Shown one piece after another: positions 46,215-54,130 of a stretch of 64,000 nucleotides of DNA. The DNA is taken from the NCBI GenBank assembly GCA_963713865.1, contig OY970208.1, positions 2,080,001-2,144,000 of the forward strand, in the 5' to 3' direction. Made by a program: the position numbers and the translations under genes. Every line of letters begins with the position of its first letter. The stretch's first letter is position 1. This DNA comes from an uncultured candidate division Zixibacteria bacterium (lineage in GTDB: Bacteria > Zixibacteria > MSB-5A5 > RBG-16-43-9). The notes beneath the pieces were generated by a model that made no database searches, had not been told where the DNA came from, and saw only the letters and a list, made by a program, of their open reading frames with translations.

Positions 46215-46607
46215 CTATTTAACTTCTACTATTGCTCCAGCTTCAACTAATTTTGTCCTGATAGATTCTGCCTCTTCTTTGGAAATTCCCTCTTTAATCG
46301 GCTTGGGAGACCCATCCACTAAATCTTTAGCTTCTTTCAATCCTAACCCGGTCAATTCCCTGACCACCTTTATTACCTGTATCTTCTTTTCACCAGCCGC
46401 ATTGAGAAAAACTGTAAATTCAGTTTGCTCCTCAGCGGCCGCCCCGGCTGGAACTGTTCCTGCACCTGCAGCTGGAAATGCTTGAGCCATAGATACTGCT
46501 GGAGTCACCCCGAACTTGTCTTGCAGACTCTTTGATAACTCAGATAATTCCAGGACGGTCATCTTCTCCACCATCTCCACGATTTTCTCTACATTACTTT
46601 TCTCCAA
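46215..46607 (-). CDS. rplL: 50S ribosomal protein L7/L12
   Basis: [36 protein letters not shown] before TTG. Confidence 0.99.
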   Translation of the reverse strand: MEKSNVEKIVEMVEKMTVLELSELSKSLQDKFGVTPAVSMAQAFPAAGAGTVPAGAAAEEQTEFTVFLNAAGEKKIQVIKVVRELTGLGLKEAKDLVDGSPKPIKEGISKEEAESIRTKLVEAGAIVEVK

Positions 46608-46698
46608 TTTAACCTCCTCTGCTTTTTCCTCTTTTTTAATAGATGATTTTTTGGTTATACCTTTCTCTTCTTCACTCAGAAAAAATTTACTTCCAGAT

Positions 46699-47220
46699 TC
46701 AATTCTCTTTTTTAGAACTGATTATTGCGTTCAATGTGCCCACAAACTCTCTAAGGATCCCATCCAAACTTCCAATCAAGTTCCTCATACCTGAATCAAG
46801 ACTAGCTATAATCTGTGCATAAAGAATTTCTTTCGGAGGTAGTTTAGCTAATTTTTCTAATTCCTCTCCTTTAAAAAACTTACCTTCCACCCAGAAGAGC
46901 TTTATTCTAGGCTTATTCAGTTTCTTGTTCAACTCGTAAAGTACTTTAGCCGGGGTAACTGGATCCTCATAGCTGAAAGCAATGCCAGTTGAACCCTCCA
47001 GATGCTCAATCACTGAATCTAAAGACAGACCCTTAGCCGCCAATCTGATTAAAGTGTTTTTAGCTACTCTATAATCAACTCCTTTAATCCTTAAATCTTT
47101 TCTTAAGCCTGTTATTTCTTCCACATTGAGCCCTCGGAAATCAGTTAGAAAGAAACTCTTACTTCGACTGAATTTACCTTTTAGTTCCTCAACCACTTTA
47201 GCTTTATCTTCTCTGGACAT
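46699..47220 (-). CDS. rplJ: 50S ribosomal protein L10
   Basis: DFRGL.V..IT.LR, V.KNTL, LA.LP.KE; position between rplA and rplL. Confidence 0.98.
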   Translation of the reverse strand: MSREDKAKVVEELKGKFSRSKSFFLTDFRGLNVEEITGLRKDLRIKGVDYRVAKNTLIRLAAKGLSLDSVIEHLEGSTGIAFSYEDPVTPAKVLYELNKKLNKPRIKLFWVEGKFFKGEELEKLAKLPPKEILYAQIIASLDSGMRNLIGSLDGILREFVGTLNAIISSKKEN

Positions 47221-47239
47221 CTTTAGTTCCTTTATTCTT

Positions 47240-47941
47240 TTATTTAAATAGAGCTATGATCGATTGGGTATTCAACTTTACACCTATTCCCATGGTAGAG
47301 GAAAGGGTAATATTTTTCAGATATTGCCCTTTAGCTGAGGATGGCTTAGCTCTGATGATCGCATCTAATAGCATCTTGGCATTATCGTAAAGGTTTTCCG
47401 CAGAAAATGATGCTTTACCTATAGCCACACCTACATTACCAGCTTTATCCACTCTGAACTCAACCTTTCCAGCCTTTAGCTCTTTAACAGCTTTAGCCAC
47501 ATCAAAAGTTACAGTTCCAGATTTTGGGTTAGGCATAAGCCCTTTTGGACCTAAGATCTTTCCTAATTTTCCTATAGTACCCATCATATCCGGGGTAGCT
47601 ACTATGGCATCTACATCTGCCCAGCCAGAACTGATTTTCTCTGTATATTCATCCGACCCAACAAAATCTGCACCAGCTTCTTTGGCTTCCTTTTCTTTCT
47701 CTCCTTTGGTCAAGACTAAAACTCTAACTTTTTTACCAGTACCAAAAGGAAGAACCACATTACCCCTGACTATCTGATCAGAATATTTAGGGTCCACCCC
47801 TAACCTGATTGATAGCTCTATGCTTTCATCGAATTTGGCAAAAGCATTCTCCTTTACGAATTTTATCCCCTGGTTTAAAGTGTACTCTTTAGAACTATCT
47901 AATTGCTCTGTAGCTTTTCTATACTTTTTGCTTCTTTTCAT
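47240..47941 (-). CDS. rplA: 50S ribosomal protein L1
   Basis: KFDES, LGP.GLMPNPK.GTVT, SSTMG.G. Confidence 0.99.
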   Translation of the reverse strand: MKRSKKYRKATEQLDSSKEYTLNQGIKFVKENAFAKFDESIELSIRLGVDPKYSDQIVRGNVVLPFGTGKKVRVLVLTKGEKEKEAKEAGADFVGSDEYTEKISSGWADVDAIVATPDMMGTIGKLGKILGPKGLMPNPKSGTVTFDVAKAVKELKAGKVEFRVDKAGNVGVAIGKASFSAENLYDNAKMLLDAIIRAKPSSAKGQYLKNITLSSTMGIGVKLNTQSIIALFK

Positions 47942-47966
47942 ATTAACTGACCTTTAGAAAAAAAAA

Positions 47967-48392
47967 TTAGTCGATAACCTCAATTCCCATATTCCTTGCT
48001 GTTCCTTCTATCATTAACATGGCTTTTTCCAGACTACCAGCATTCAGGTCCGGCATTTTCAGTTCAGCAATCTCCTTGATCTGGGCTTTAGTTACTTTCC
48101 CTACTTTTAATCGATTAGGCTCTCCAGAACCTTTCTCAATCTTAGCTGCCTTTTTAAGCAATACTGCGGCTGGAGGTGTTTTGGTGATAAAGGTAAAAGT
48201 TTTATCCGCATAGATAGTGATAATAACAGGAATAATCAGCCCAGATTGACTCTGAGTTTTAGAATTAAAAGCTTTGCAGAATTCCATAGTATTCACACCG
48301 TGCGGACCTAAAGCTGGACCAACAGGCGGCGCAGGGTTGGCATTACCTGCCGGGATCTGAAGTTTAACTGTTGCAATAACTTTCTTTGCCAA
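47967..48392 (-). CDS. rplK: 50S ribosomal protein L11
   Basis: [34 protein letters not shown]. Confidence 0.99.
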   Translation of the reverse strand: MAKKVIATVKLQIPAGNANPAPPVGPALGPHGVNTMEFCKAFNSKTQSQSGLIIPVIITIYADKTFTFITKTPPAAVLLKKAAKIEKGSGEPNRLKVGKVTKAQIKEIAELKMPDLNAGSLEKAMLMIEGTARNMGIEVID

Positions 48393-48421
48393 TTTTTCTC
48401 CTTGATGTAATAAATTTTAAA

Positions 48422-48961
48422 CTATACTGGCTGAACCTGTAGAAAATCAAGCTCAACTGGAGTAGGACGACCGAAGATACTCACCATAACTTTAAGCTGT
48501 TTCCTCTCCATATTCACTTCGCTGACAAAACCTGAGAAATCGGTAAAGGGACCATCGATTACCTTAACCGGGTCACCAGCTTTAAAGGGAACCTCTTCAA
48601 AATCTCTGGTTTTCCCTCTTTCCGCCTGGCTCAAAACTCTTTTTACCTCATTTTCCCTAAGCGGAACCGGTTTCCCTCCGGTACCTACAAAACTTGTTAC
48701 CCCCGGAGTAGAGGTAACCAGATGCTGTGTTTCTTTGGTGAGCTCCATCTCAATCAGAATATAGCTGGGCAAAAACTTCTTTACGGTAGTGGTCCTTTTC
48801 CCCTGTTTCATCTCTAAAACAGTCTCAGTAGGAACTAAAACCCTACCCACTTTATCCTGTAACCCTCGATTCACCACCTCATTCTCCAGATATCTCTTTG
48901 CTTTTTGCTCATGACCGGAATAGGTATGAGCAACATACCATTTTTTCTCAGACTTTGTCAT
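48422..48961 (-). CDS. nusG: Transcription termination/antitermination factor NusG
   Basis: [26 protein letters not shown]. Confidence 0.99.
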   Translation of the reverse strand: MTKSEKKWYVAHTYSGHEQKAKRYLENEVVNRGLQDKVGRVLVPTETVLEMKQGKRTTTVKKFLPSYILIEMELTKETQHLVTSTPGVTSFVGTGGKPVPLRENEVKRVLSQAERGKTRDFEEVPFKAGDPVKVIDGPFTDFSGFVSEVNMERKQLKVMVSIFGRPTPVELDFLQVQPV

Positions 48962-48962
48962 A

Positions 48963-49148
48963 TTATCTGAATATGAAACTTATGAAAACTGCTAATACTT
49001 TATCTACTCCTCCGATAAAGAGGGCTAAAATTAAAGATAGCAGTATGACAATTACCGTGGAGCCCATTAACTCCTGTTTAGATGTCCAGGTAACTTTGGT
49101 CAGCTCTAACTTTACTTCTTTTAAAAAATTCTTAATCTTTTCGAACAT
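48963..49148 (-). CDS. secE: Preprotein translocase SecE
   Basis: FLKEV..EL.KVTW, one TM segment, between tRNA-Trp and nusG. Confidence 0.95.
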   Translation of the reverse strand: MFEKIKNFLKEVKLELTKVTWTSKQELMGSTVIVILLSLILALFIGGVDKVLAVFISFIFR

Positions 49149-49198
49149 TCTATTTAAAATTTTTAAAGGTTATAAAAACAAAAATATTTAACCCTTTA

Positions 49199-49272
49199 CA
49201 GGTCTGGAGGGATTCGAACCCCCATCATCCGGTTTTGGAGACCGGCGCTCTAGCCATTAGAGCTACAGACCT
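49199..49272 (-). tRNA. tRNA-Trp (CCA); 3' CCA not encoded
   Basis: Cloverleaf AGGTCTG...CCGGT-CTCCAAA-ACCGG...GTTCGAATC...CAGACCT-G. Confidence 0.96.
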
Positions 49273-49308
49273 GTGAAACTAAACTGTTTATTCTCCTTTT
49301 CTTCTAAA

Positions 49309-49461
49309 CTACCTAACCTCTTTATGCAAAGTATGCTTACGACAGAAGGGGCAATATTTTTTGAATTCCACCCTATCTGTATGTTTCTTTTTATTCTTCG
49401 TCTCAGTGTAATTCCTTTGTTTACACTCACCACAGGCTAAAGTAATAATTTCTCTTGGCAC
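49309..49461 (-). CDS. rpmG: 50S ribosomal protein L33 (zinc type); GTG start; absent from the ORF track
   Basis: Manual translation [18 protein letters not shown]...[17 protein letters not shown]. Confidence 0.96.
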   Translation of the reverse strand: MPREIITLACGECKQRNYTETKNKKKHTDRVEFKKYCPFCRKHTLHKEVR

Positions 49462-49523
49462 GATTTTCTTTTATTTTTTAACGTTTGAACCTTTGTCCCG
49501 CCAAAGGCGGGATTAAACTTTTT

Positions 49524-50729
49524 TTACTCTATTATATCCGTTACTGCACCTGCTCCTACCGTCCTCCCACCCTCCCGTATGGCAAATCTTAACGTCTTCT
49601 CCATCGCTATTGGCCCTATCAACTCTACACTCATATTCACATTGTCTCCCGGCATCACCATCTCCACCCCTTCCGGCAACTTGATTATCCCGGTCACGTC
49701 TAAAGTCCGAAAATAAAACTGCGGACGATACCCGTTGAAAAAGGGCGTATGCCTGCCTCCCTCCTCTTTGGTCAATACGTATACCTCTGCTTTAAATTTG
49801 GTATGCGGGGTTATACTACCCGGAGCCGCTATCACCATCCCTCGCTCTAACTCGTCCTTCTCTATCCCCCTTAATAATATCCCGATGTTGTCTCCGGCCT
49901 GCGCCTCGTCTAATAACTTCCGAAACATCTCTACCCCTGTCACTACGGTCTTACGCGTCTCCTTCAATCCTACTCGCTCTACCTCATCCCCTACCTTCAC
50001 CCGTCCTCGCTCTACCCTGCCCGTCCCTACTGTCCCCCTGCCGGTTATACTGAAGACATCCTCTACCGGCAGCAAAAAAGGCTTGTCTACGTCTCGCTTG
50101 GGTAACGGTATGTAATTGTCTACCGCTTCCATTAACTCATAGACGCTCTTGAACTCCGGCGAATCCTTTACCTCCAGCTTGGCTGACTCGGTCATGGCCT
50201 TTAACGCACTACCCCGTATCACCGGTACCTCATCACCGGGAAATCCATACTTCTTCAGTAAATCCCTCACCTCTAACTCCACTAAATCCAATAACTCCGG
50301 ATCATCTACCATGTCTACCTTGTTCAAATATACGATGATATACGGCACTCCTACCTGACGCGCTAATAATATGTGCTCACGGGTCTGCGGCATCGGCCCA
50401 TCTGCTGCCGATACTACTAATATCGCCCCGTCCATCTGCGCCGCTCCAGTCACCATGTTCTTTACATAGTCCGCATGCCCTGGACAATCTACGTGCGCAT
50501 AATGCCGCTTGTCGGTCTCATACTCCGCATGATGTACGTTGATGGTTAACCCCCTGGCTTTCTCCTCCGGCGCATTGTCTATCTCCTCGTAACTCTTGGC
50601 CTGCGCTAATCCACGCCGCGATAATACCATGGTTATCGCCGCGGTCAACGTGGTCTTCCCGTGATCTACATGCCCTATCGTCCCAATGTTTACATGCGGC
50701 TTGGTCCGCACAAATTTAGCCTTGGCCAT
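49524..50729 (-). CDS. tuf: Elongation factor Tu (tRNA-operon copy)
   Basis: Same protein as 33613-34818 except one V/A difference. Confidence 0.99.
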   Translation of the reverse strand: MAKAKFVRTKPHVNIGTIGHVDHGKTTLTAAITMVLSRRGLAQAKSYEEIDNAPEEKARGLTINVHHAEYETDKRHYAHVDCPGHADYVKNMVTGAAQMDGAILVVSAADGPMPQTREHILLARQVGVPYIIVYLNKVDMVDDPELLDLVELEVRDLLKKYGFPGDEVPVIRGSALKAMTESAKLEVKDSPEFKSVYELMEAVDNYIPLPKRDVDKPFLLPVEDVFSITGRGTVGTGRVERGRVKVGDEVERVGLKETRKTVVTGVEMFRKLLDEAQAGDNIGILLRGIEKDELERGMVIAAPGSITPHTKFKAEVYVLTKEEGGRHTPFFNGYRPQFYFRTLDVTGIIKLPEGVEMVMPGDNVNMSVELIGPIAMEKTLRFAIREGGRTVGAGAVTDIIE

Positions 50730-50801
50730 CTTACTTTACCTCCAAACTTTTTGTTTTCTTTTTTTCTTTTTTAACTCTTTTAAAATTTATTACGCTTAAT
50801 G

Positions 50802-50874
50802 AGCCCACGACCAGGATTGAACTGGTGACCTCATCCTTACCAAGGATGTGCTCTACCGACTGAGCTACATGGGC
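50802..50874 (-). tRNA. tRNA-Thr (GGT)
   Basis: GCCCATG...CATCC-TTGGTAA-GGATG...GTTCAATC...CGTGGGC-T. Confidence 0.96.
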
Positions 50875-50979
50875 TAATAAATTTTTCTAATCCATCTAAC
50901 TTTTTATTTAACCGTTAACTATTATTTTATCAGTTCACTTAGGTTCAAATTTTAAAAAAATAAATAATATCTTCTCACT

Positions 50980-51014
50980 CAGTTGAGTGTAAAAATTATA
51001 AAAACACTCAACTG
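50980..51014. promoter_or_regulatory. Perfect 11-bp inverted repeat in the tRNA-Thr/tuf leader
   Basis: CAGTTGAGTGT-N13-ACACTCAACTG. Confidence 0.5.
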
Positions 51015-51032
51015 CTTATACGACAAAAATTT

Positions 51033-51060
51033 AATATAATATCACTATTTTTTTTGTCAA
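51033..51060 (-). promoter_or_regulatory. Putative sigma70 promoter for tRNA-Thr(GGT)-tuf-rpmG-secE-nusG
   Basis: TTGACA-N16-TATATT. Confidence 0.65.
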
Positions 51061-51070
51061 GCAAAATATT

Positions 51071-51619
51071 TTAAATTTTTGTATGTGGGAGGCTGATGTC
51101 TACCTTGTCACCATTTAACTTTACTATCCTGCCCGGACTACCAACCACTGTAGCATTATCAGGTATATCGTGCATAAATATGAAAGTGTTTGCCCCTATT
51201 TTTACATTATTCCCCACCCTGACCGACCCCAGGATAATAGCTCCGGTTCCAATTGTTACATTATATCCCAGGGTAGGATGCCTTTTACCTTTATGTTTAC
51301 CAGTTCCACCTAAAGTGACATTATGAAACATCACACAACTTCTCCCAATCTCAGCAGTCTCTCCTATGACAACTCCCATCCCGTGATCGATAAAAAAACC
51401 TTTGCCAATTTTTGCCCCGGGATGAATTTCCACTCCGGTCAGGAAGCGGGATATCTGCGAGATCAATCTTGGGAAAAAAGGGATTTTAATTTTCCAGACC
51501 AGATGACAGAATCTGTGAATCAAAATCGCATGCAATCCCGGATAAAGTAAAAATTCGATATTCCTAATTGCCGGATCATTCCGGTATATCGCTTTTATAT
51601 CCTCAAATATTGTAATCAT
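51071..51619 (-). CDS. cysE: Serine O-acetyltransferase
   Basis: DPA, YPGLHA, GVEIHPGA.IG..FFIDHGMGVVIGETA, TLGGTG...KRHPT. Confidence 0.96.
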   Translation of the reverse strand: MITIFEDIKAIYRNDPAIRNIEFLLYPGLHAILIHRFCHLVWKIKIPFFPRLISQISRFLTGVEIHPGAKIGKGFFIDHGMGVVIGETAEIGRSCVMFHNVTLGGTGKHKGKRHPTLGYNVTIGTGAIILGSVRVGNNVKIGANTFIFMHDIPDNATVVGSPGRIVKLNGDKVDISLPHTKI

Positions 51620-51655
51620 AGAATCCTTTTTAGATAAATTTAAGCTATACTATAT

Positions 51656-52570
51656 TTATTCTTTGAAAAGGTCAGTACTCAAGTATCTTTCAGCTGAATC
51701 TGGTATAACCACAATTACAAGTTTACCCTTTCCAGCCTTTTTAGCTACGGTGAGAGCAACAAATAGATTTGCCCCGGCGGATATACCGGCTAAAATCCCT
51801 TCCTCTTGGGCTAATCTTTTTGAGGTGGCAATAGCATCTTCATTCGAGACACAGATTATCTCGTCAACATTTTGTGGGTTATAGATTTTAGGAACAAAAC
51901 CAGCACCGATCCCCTGAATTTTATGTTTACCTGGTTTACCACCGGAGAGAACCGGTGAATCTTTAGGTTCCACTGCGATATTCTTACAGCCATATCTCTT
52001 TTTCAGAACCTCTCCTGCTCCGGTTATAGTTCCTCCTGTGCCAACTCCTGCTACAAAATAATCCAATTTCAAATCTCCTAAATCATCTATTATTTCCTTG
52101 GCTGTAGTCTCTCTATGGATTTTGGTATTAGCAGGATTCTCAAATTGTTGAGGTTGAAAATACCCTTCTTGTTCTGACATCTCTCTAGCTTTATCTACGG
52201 CTCCTTTCATTCCCAAAGCCCCATCCGTTAATACCAACTCAGCCCCTAAGAATTTCAACAAAGCCCTTCTTTCTAAACTCATCGTCTCTGGCATAGTGAA
52301 AACACACCTGTATCCTTTAACGGCTGATACCATCGCTAAAGCAATTCCGGTATTTCCGGACGTGGGCTCTACGATAGTCATTCCAGGTTTTAACTTACCC
52401 TTCTTTTCAGCGTCTTCAATCATTGAAAGCCCGATTCGGTCTTTAATCGAGCCAGCCGGATTAAAAAACTCTAATTTTGCTAAAAGAGTCGCATCTTCTG
52501 GACTGGTAAGCTTATCGATTTTAACTAACGGAGTCCGTCCAATAGTCTCCAGGATATTATTATAAATCAT
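51656..52570 (-). CDS. cysK: Cysteine synthase A
   Basis: [39 protein letters not shown]. Confidence 0.97.
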   Translation of the reverse strand: MIYNNILETIGRTPLVKIDKLTSPEDATLLAKLEFFNPAGSIKDRIGLSMIEDAEKKGKLKPGMTIVEPTSGNTGIALAMVSAVKGYRCVFTMPETMSLERRALLKFLGAELVLTDGALGMKGAVDKAREMSEQEGYFQPQQFENPANTKIHRETTAKEIIDDLGDLKLDYFVAGVGTGGTITGAGEVLKKRYGCKNIAVEPKDSPVLSGGKPGKHKIQGIGAGFVPKIYNPQNVDEIICVSNEDAIATSKRLAQEEGILAGISAGANLFVALTVAKKAGKGKLVIVVIPDSAERYLSTDLFKE

Positions 52571-52674
52571 AAAATCCTACCTCTTAAGACAACTACTACT
52601 TTACGTAAGTTTTTGCTTTAGATGGAATTACAGATATGTTATCGCCAGATTGTTCAAAATCTTAACAGGGGAAT

Positions 52675-52755
52675 GAGAGTTCGTTCGTTTGATCGTTTGG
52701 AGTTTGAAGATTTTCGAACAAACTAACAAACTAACAAACTTCCAACTGTATTTCC
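52675..52755. repeat. Palindromic tRNA-spacer repeat, copy 3 (downstream of tRNA-Tyr)
   Basis: GAGAGTTCGTTCGTTT...TTTGGAGTTTGAAGATTTTCGAACAAACT...AACTGTATTTCC, highly similar to 53729-53814. Confidence 0.85.
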
Positions 52756-52838
52756 TGGAGAGGGGAGGATTCGAACCTCCGAAGGCGATAGCCGACAGAT
52801 TTACAGTCTGTTCCCTTTGGCCGCTCGGGAACCTCTCC
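52756..52838 (-). tRNA. tRNA-Tyr (GTA)
   Basis: GGAGAGG...ACAGA-CTGTAAA-TCTGT, long variable arm, GGTTCGAATCC...CCTCTCC-A. Confidence 0.96.
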
Positions 52839-52880
52839 AAAAAGCAGTTTAGGAGTTTATAAGTTTAAAAGTTTATACCC

Positions 52881-53258
52881 TCAATCTACTTTACGGAATG
52901 AATTTATAAGGGCTACCAGTAAGGTTAAAACCTCCTTACTTTTATTTATTAAAATATCCTAGCTAACTTTATCAAAATATTTTTGCCGAAAGGCTAATTC
53001 AAAATAGGTTATTGCTTCAGCTAAAGATCCTTTGGCAACAAACAGGAATTGAATAAATTCCTTTTTTGACTGCCTAAAACTACCTTCGGCAATATTAGCC
53101 GGAACTGAATTAATCGCTTTAAAAAGCTGAGGTATAAGTATGTTCGACTCCCTTTTAGGAAATTTCTCTGAAATCTGGTAAACAGTATCTGCCAGCTCAA
53201 CTGCTTTTTGCCAGACAATCAATTTTCTGAATCCAAAATCTTTTTCTTCTTTTTCCAA
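52881..53258 (-). pseudogene. Four-helix-bundle protein (23S rRNA IVS protein / Avd-like family) interrupted by an in-frame TAG at 52959-52961
   Basis: FRKLIVWQKA, FPK.E, SVPANIAEG, F.QFL.VAKGSL.E motifs; frame continues past TAG as DILINKSKEVLTLLVALINSFRKVD-stop. Confidence 0.8.
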
Positions 53259-53302
53259 CTCTTAAACCTTCTAAACCTCTTACACTTTTAAACTGTCTTT
53301 TT

Positions 53303-53364
53303 AGCGGGAGACGGTATTCGAACCCGCAACCAATCCAGATGGATGACTCTAGCCAATGGAGTTA
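53303..53364 (-). pseudogene. 5'-truncated copy of the anticodon-less tRNA-Gly-like element
   Basis: TAACTCCATTGGCTAGAGTC-ATCCATCTGGAT-TGGTTGCGGGTTCGAATACCGTCTCCCGCT; the 5' acceptor strand is replaced by GIY-YIG coding sequence. Confidence 0.8.
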
Positions 53365-53603
53365 ATGTTTCTCAACAATTTCTTGAAATCCTTACTTTTT
53401 ATATCCTTTAAAACCCTCTCTCTCTTTATCGCTTTCCCTCTGGTTGGAAATTTTTCCACATAAATCAACTCAAGAGGTACTCGTTTTTTTGTTGACTTAA
53501 TCCTTCCAGAATTGTGATACTGTAATCTCTGTTCAAGGTTCGAGGTTTGGCCAATATAAAGATTCCCATCCTTCTGGCTTTTTAAAACATAAACGTAATA
53601 CAT
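53349..53603 (-). CDS. Small standalone GIY-YIG nuclease family protein (84 aa)
   Basis: YYVYVL.S..DG.LYIGQT.NL..RL..HNSG...STK...P.ELIY.E.F...A..RE..LK. Confidence 0.92.
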   Translation of the reverse strand: MYYVYVLKSQKDGNLYIGQTSNLEQRLQYHNSGRIKSTKKRVPLELIYVEKFPTRGKAIKRERVLKDIKSKDFKKLLRNINSIG

Positions 53604-53654
53604 TTTAATTTCTCTTACCAACGAATAAACTGACAAACTTTAAACTGTATTCCC

Positions 53655-53728
53655 AGCGGGAGACGGGATTCGAACCCGCGACCAACAGCTTGGAAGGCTG
53701 TGACTCTAGCCAACTGAGTTACTCCCGC
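53655..53728 (-). tRNA. tRNA-Gly (TCC)
   Basis: GCGGGAG...ACAGC-CTTCCAA-GCTGT...GGTTCGAATCC...CTCCCGC-T. Confidence 0.96.
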
Positions 53729-53814
53729 AGAAAGAGAGTTTGTTCGTTTATTTGTTTGGAGTTTGAAGATTTTCGAACAAACTTACAAACTAATAAACTC
53801 CAAACTGTATTCCC
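53729..53814. repeat. Palindromic tRNA-spacer repeat, copy 2
   Basis: Inverted octamer arms (GTTTGTTC.../...GAACAAAC) ending AAACTGTATTCCC. Confidence 0.88.
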
Positions 53815-53883
53815 AGCGGGAGATGGGCTTCGAACCCGCGACCAATCCAGATGGATGACTCTAGCCAACTGAGTTACTCCCGC
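53815..53883 (-). ncRNA. Anticodon-less tRNA-Gly paralogue (69 nt)
   Basis: Acceptor stem and D arm identical to tRNA-Gly(TCC); 17-nt anticodon arm replaced by 12-nt ATCCA-TC-TGGAT; two substitutions in the T arm. Confidence 0.75.
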
Positions 53884-53971
53884 AGAAAGAGAGTTTGTTC
53901 GTTTGTCAGTTTGACCGTTTGGAGCTATTTCGGACAAACGTACAAACTAACAAACTCCAAACTGTATTCCC
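53884..53971. repeat. Palindromic tRNA-spacer repeat, copy 1
   Basis: Same ends as copy 2 (AGAAAGAGAGTTTGTTCGTTT...AAACTCCAAACTGTATTCCC); diverged centre. Confidence 0.88.
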
Positions 53972-54043
53972 AGCCGATGAGAGGGATCGAACCTCCAACC
54001 AACTGATTACAAATCAGTTGCTCTACCATTGAGCTACATCGGC
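53972..54043 (-). tRNA. tRNA-Thr (TGT)
   Basis: GCCGATG...ACTGA-TTTGTAA-TCAGT...GGTTCGATCCC...CATCGGC-T. Confidence 0.96.
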
Positions 54044-54064
54044 GAAATTTCTTTTATTATGTTA

Positions 54065-54092
54065 ATTATAATTTTTCAAAGAACAAAGCCAA
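54065..54092 (-). promoter_or_regulatory. Putative promoter of the tRNA cluster
   Basis: TTGGCT-N16-TATAAT about 20 nt upstream of tRNA-Thr(TGT). Confidence 0.6.
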
Positions 54093-54130
54093 AATCTATA
54101 CGAAATATTTTTGTTGTTAATACAATTTAT

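Noticed and set aside
47221-47239. L10 leader RNA upstream of rplJ
   Set aside because: The rplA-rplJ gap is only 19 nt
33824-50358. Many plus-strand ORFs antisense to tuf, fusA, rpoB, rpoC and r-protein genes
   Set aside because: Shadow frames of strongly conserved minus-strand genes
52959-53258. Diversity-generating retroelement suggested by the Avd-like fold
   Set aside because: No reverse transcriptase and no TR/VR pair with adenine-specific differences seen in the window
53815-53883. Suppressor tRNA, intron-containing tRNA or tmRNA fragment
   Set aside because: The loop is too short to present an anticodon, the arm is shortened rather than interrupted, and there is no G3:U70 pair or tag ORF
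52628-53937. ORF-track entries 52628-52840, 53690-53872 and 53719-53937
   Set aside because: They are translations of tRNA and spacer-repeat DNA
52675-53971. CRISPR array interpretation of the regularly spaced repeats
   Set aside because: Repeats are 81-88 bp and degenerate, the intervening sequences are tRNAs or genes, and no cas genes are in the window
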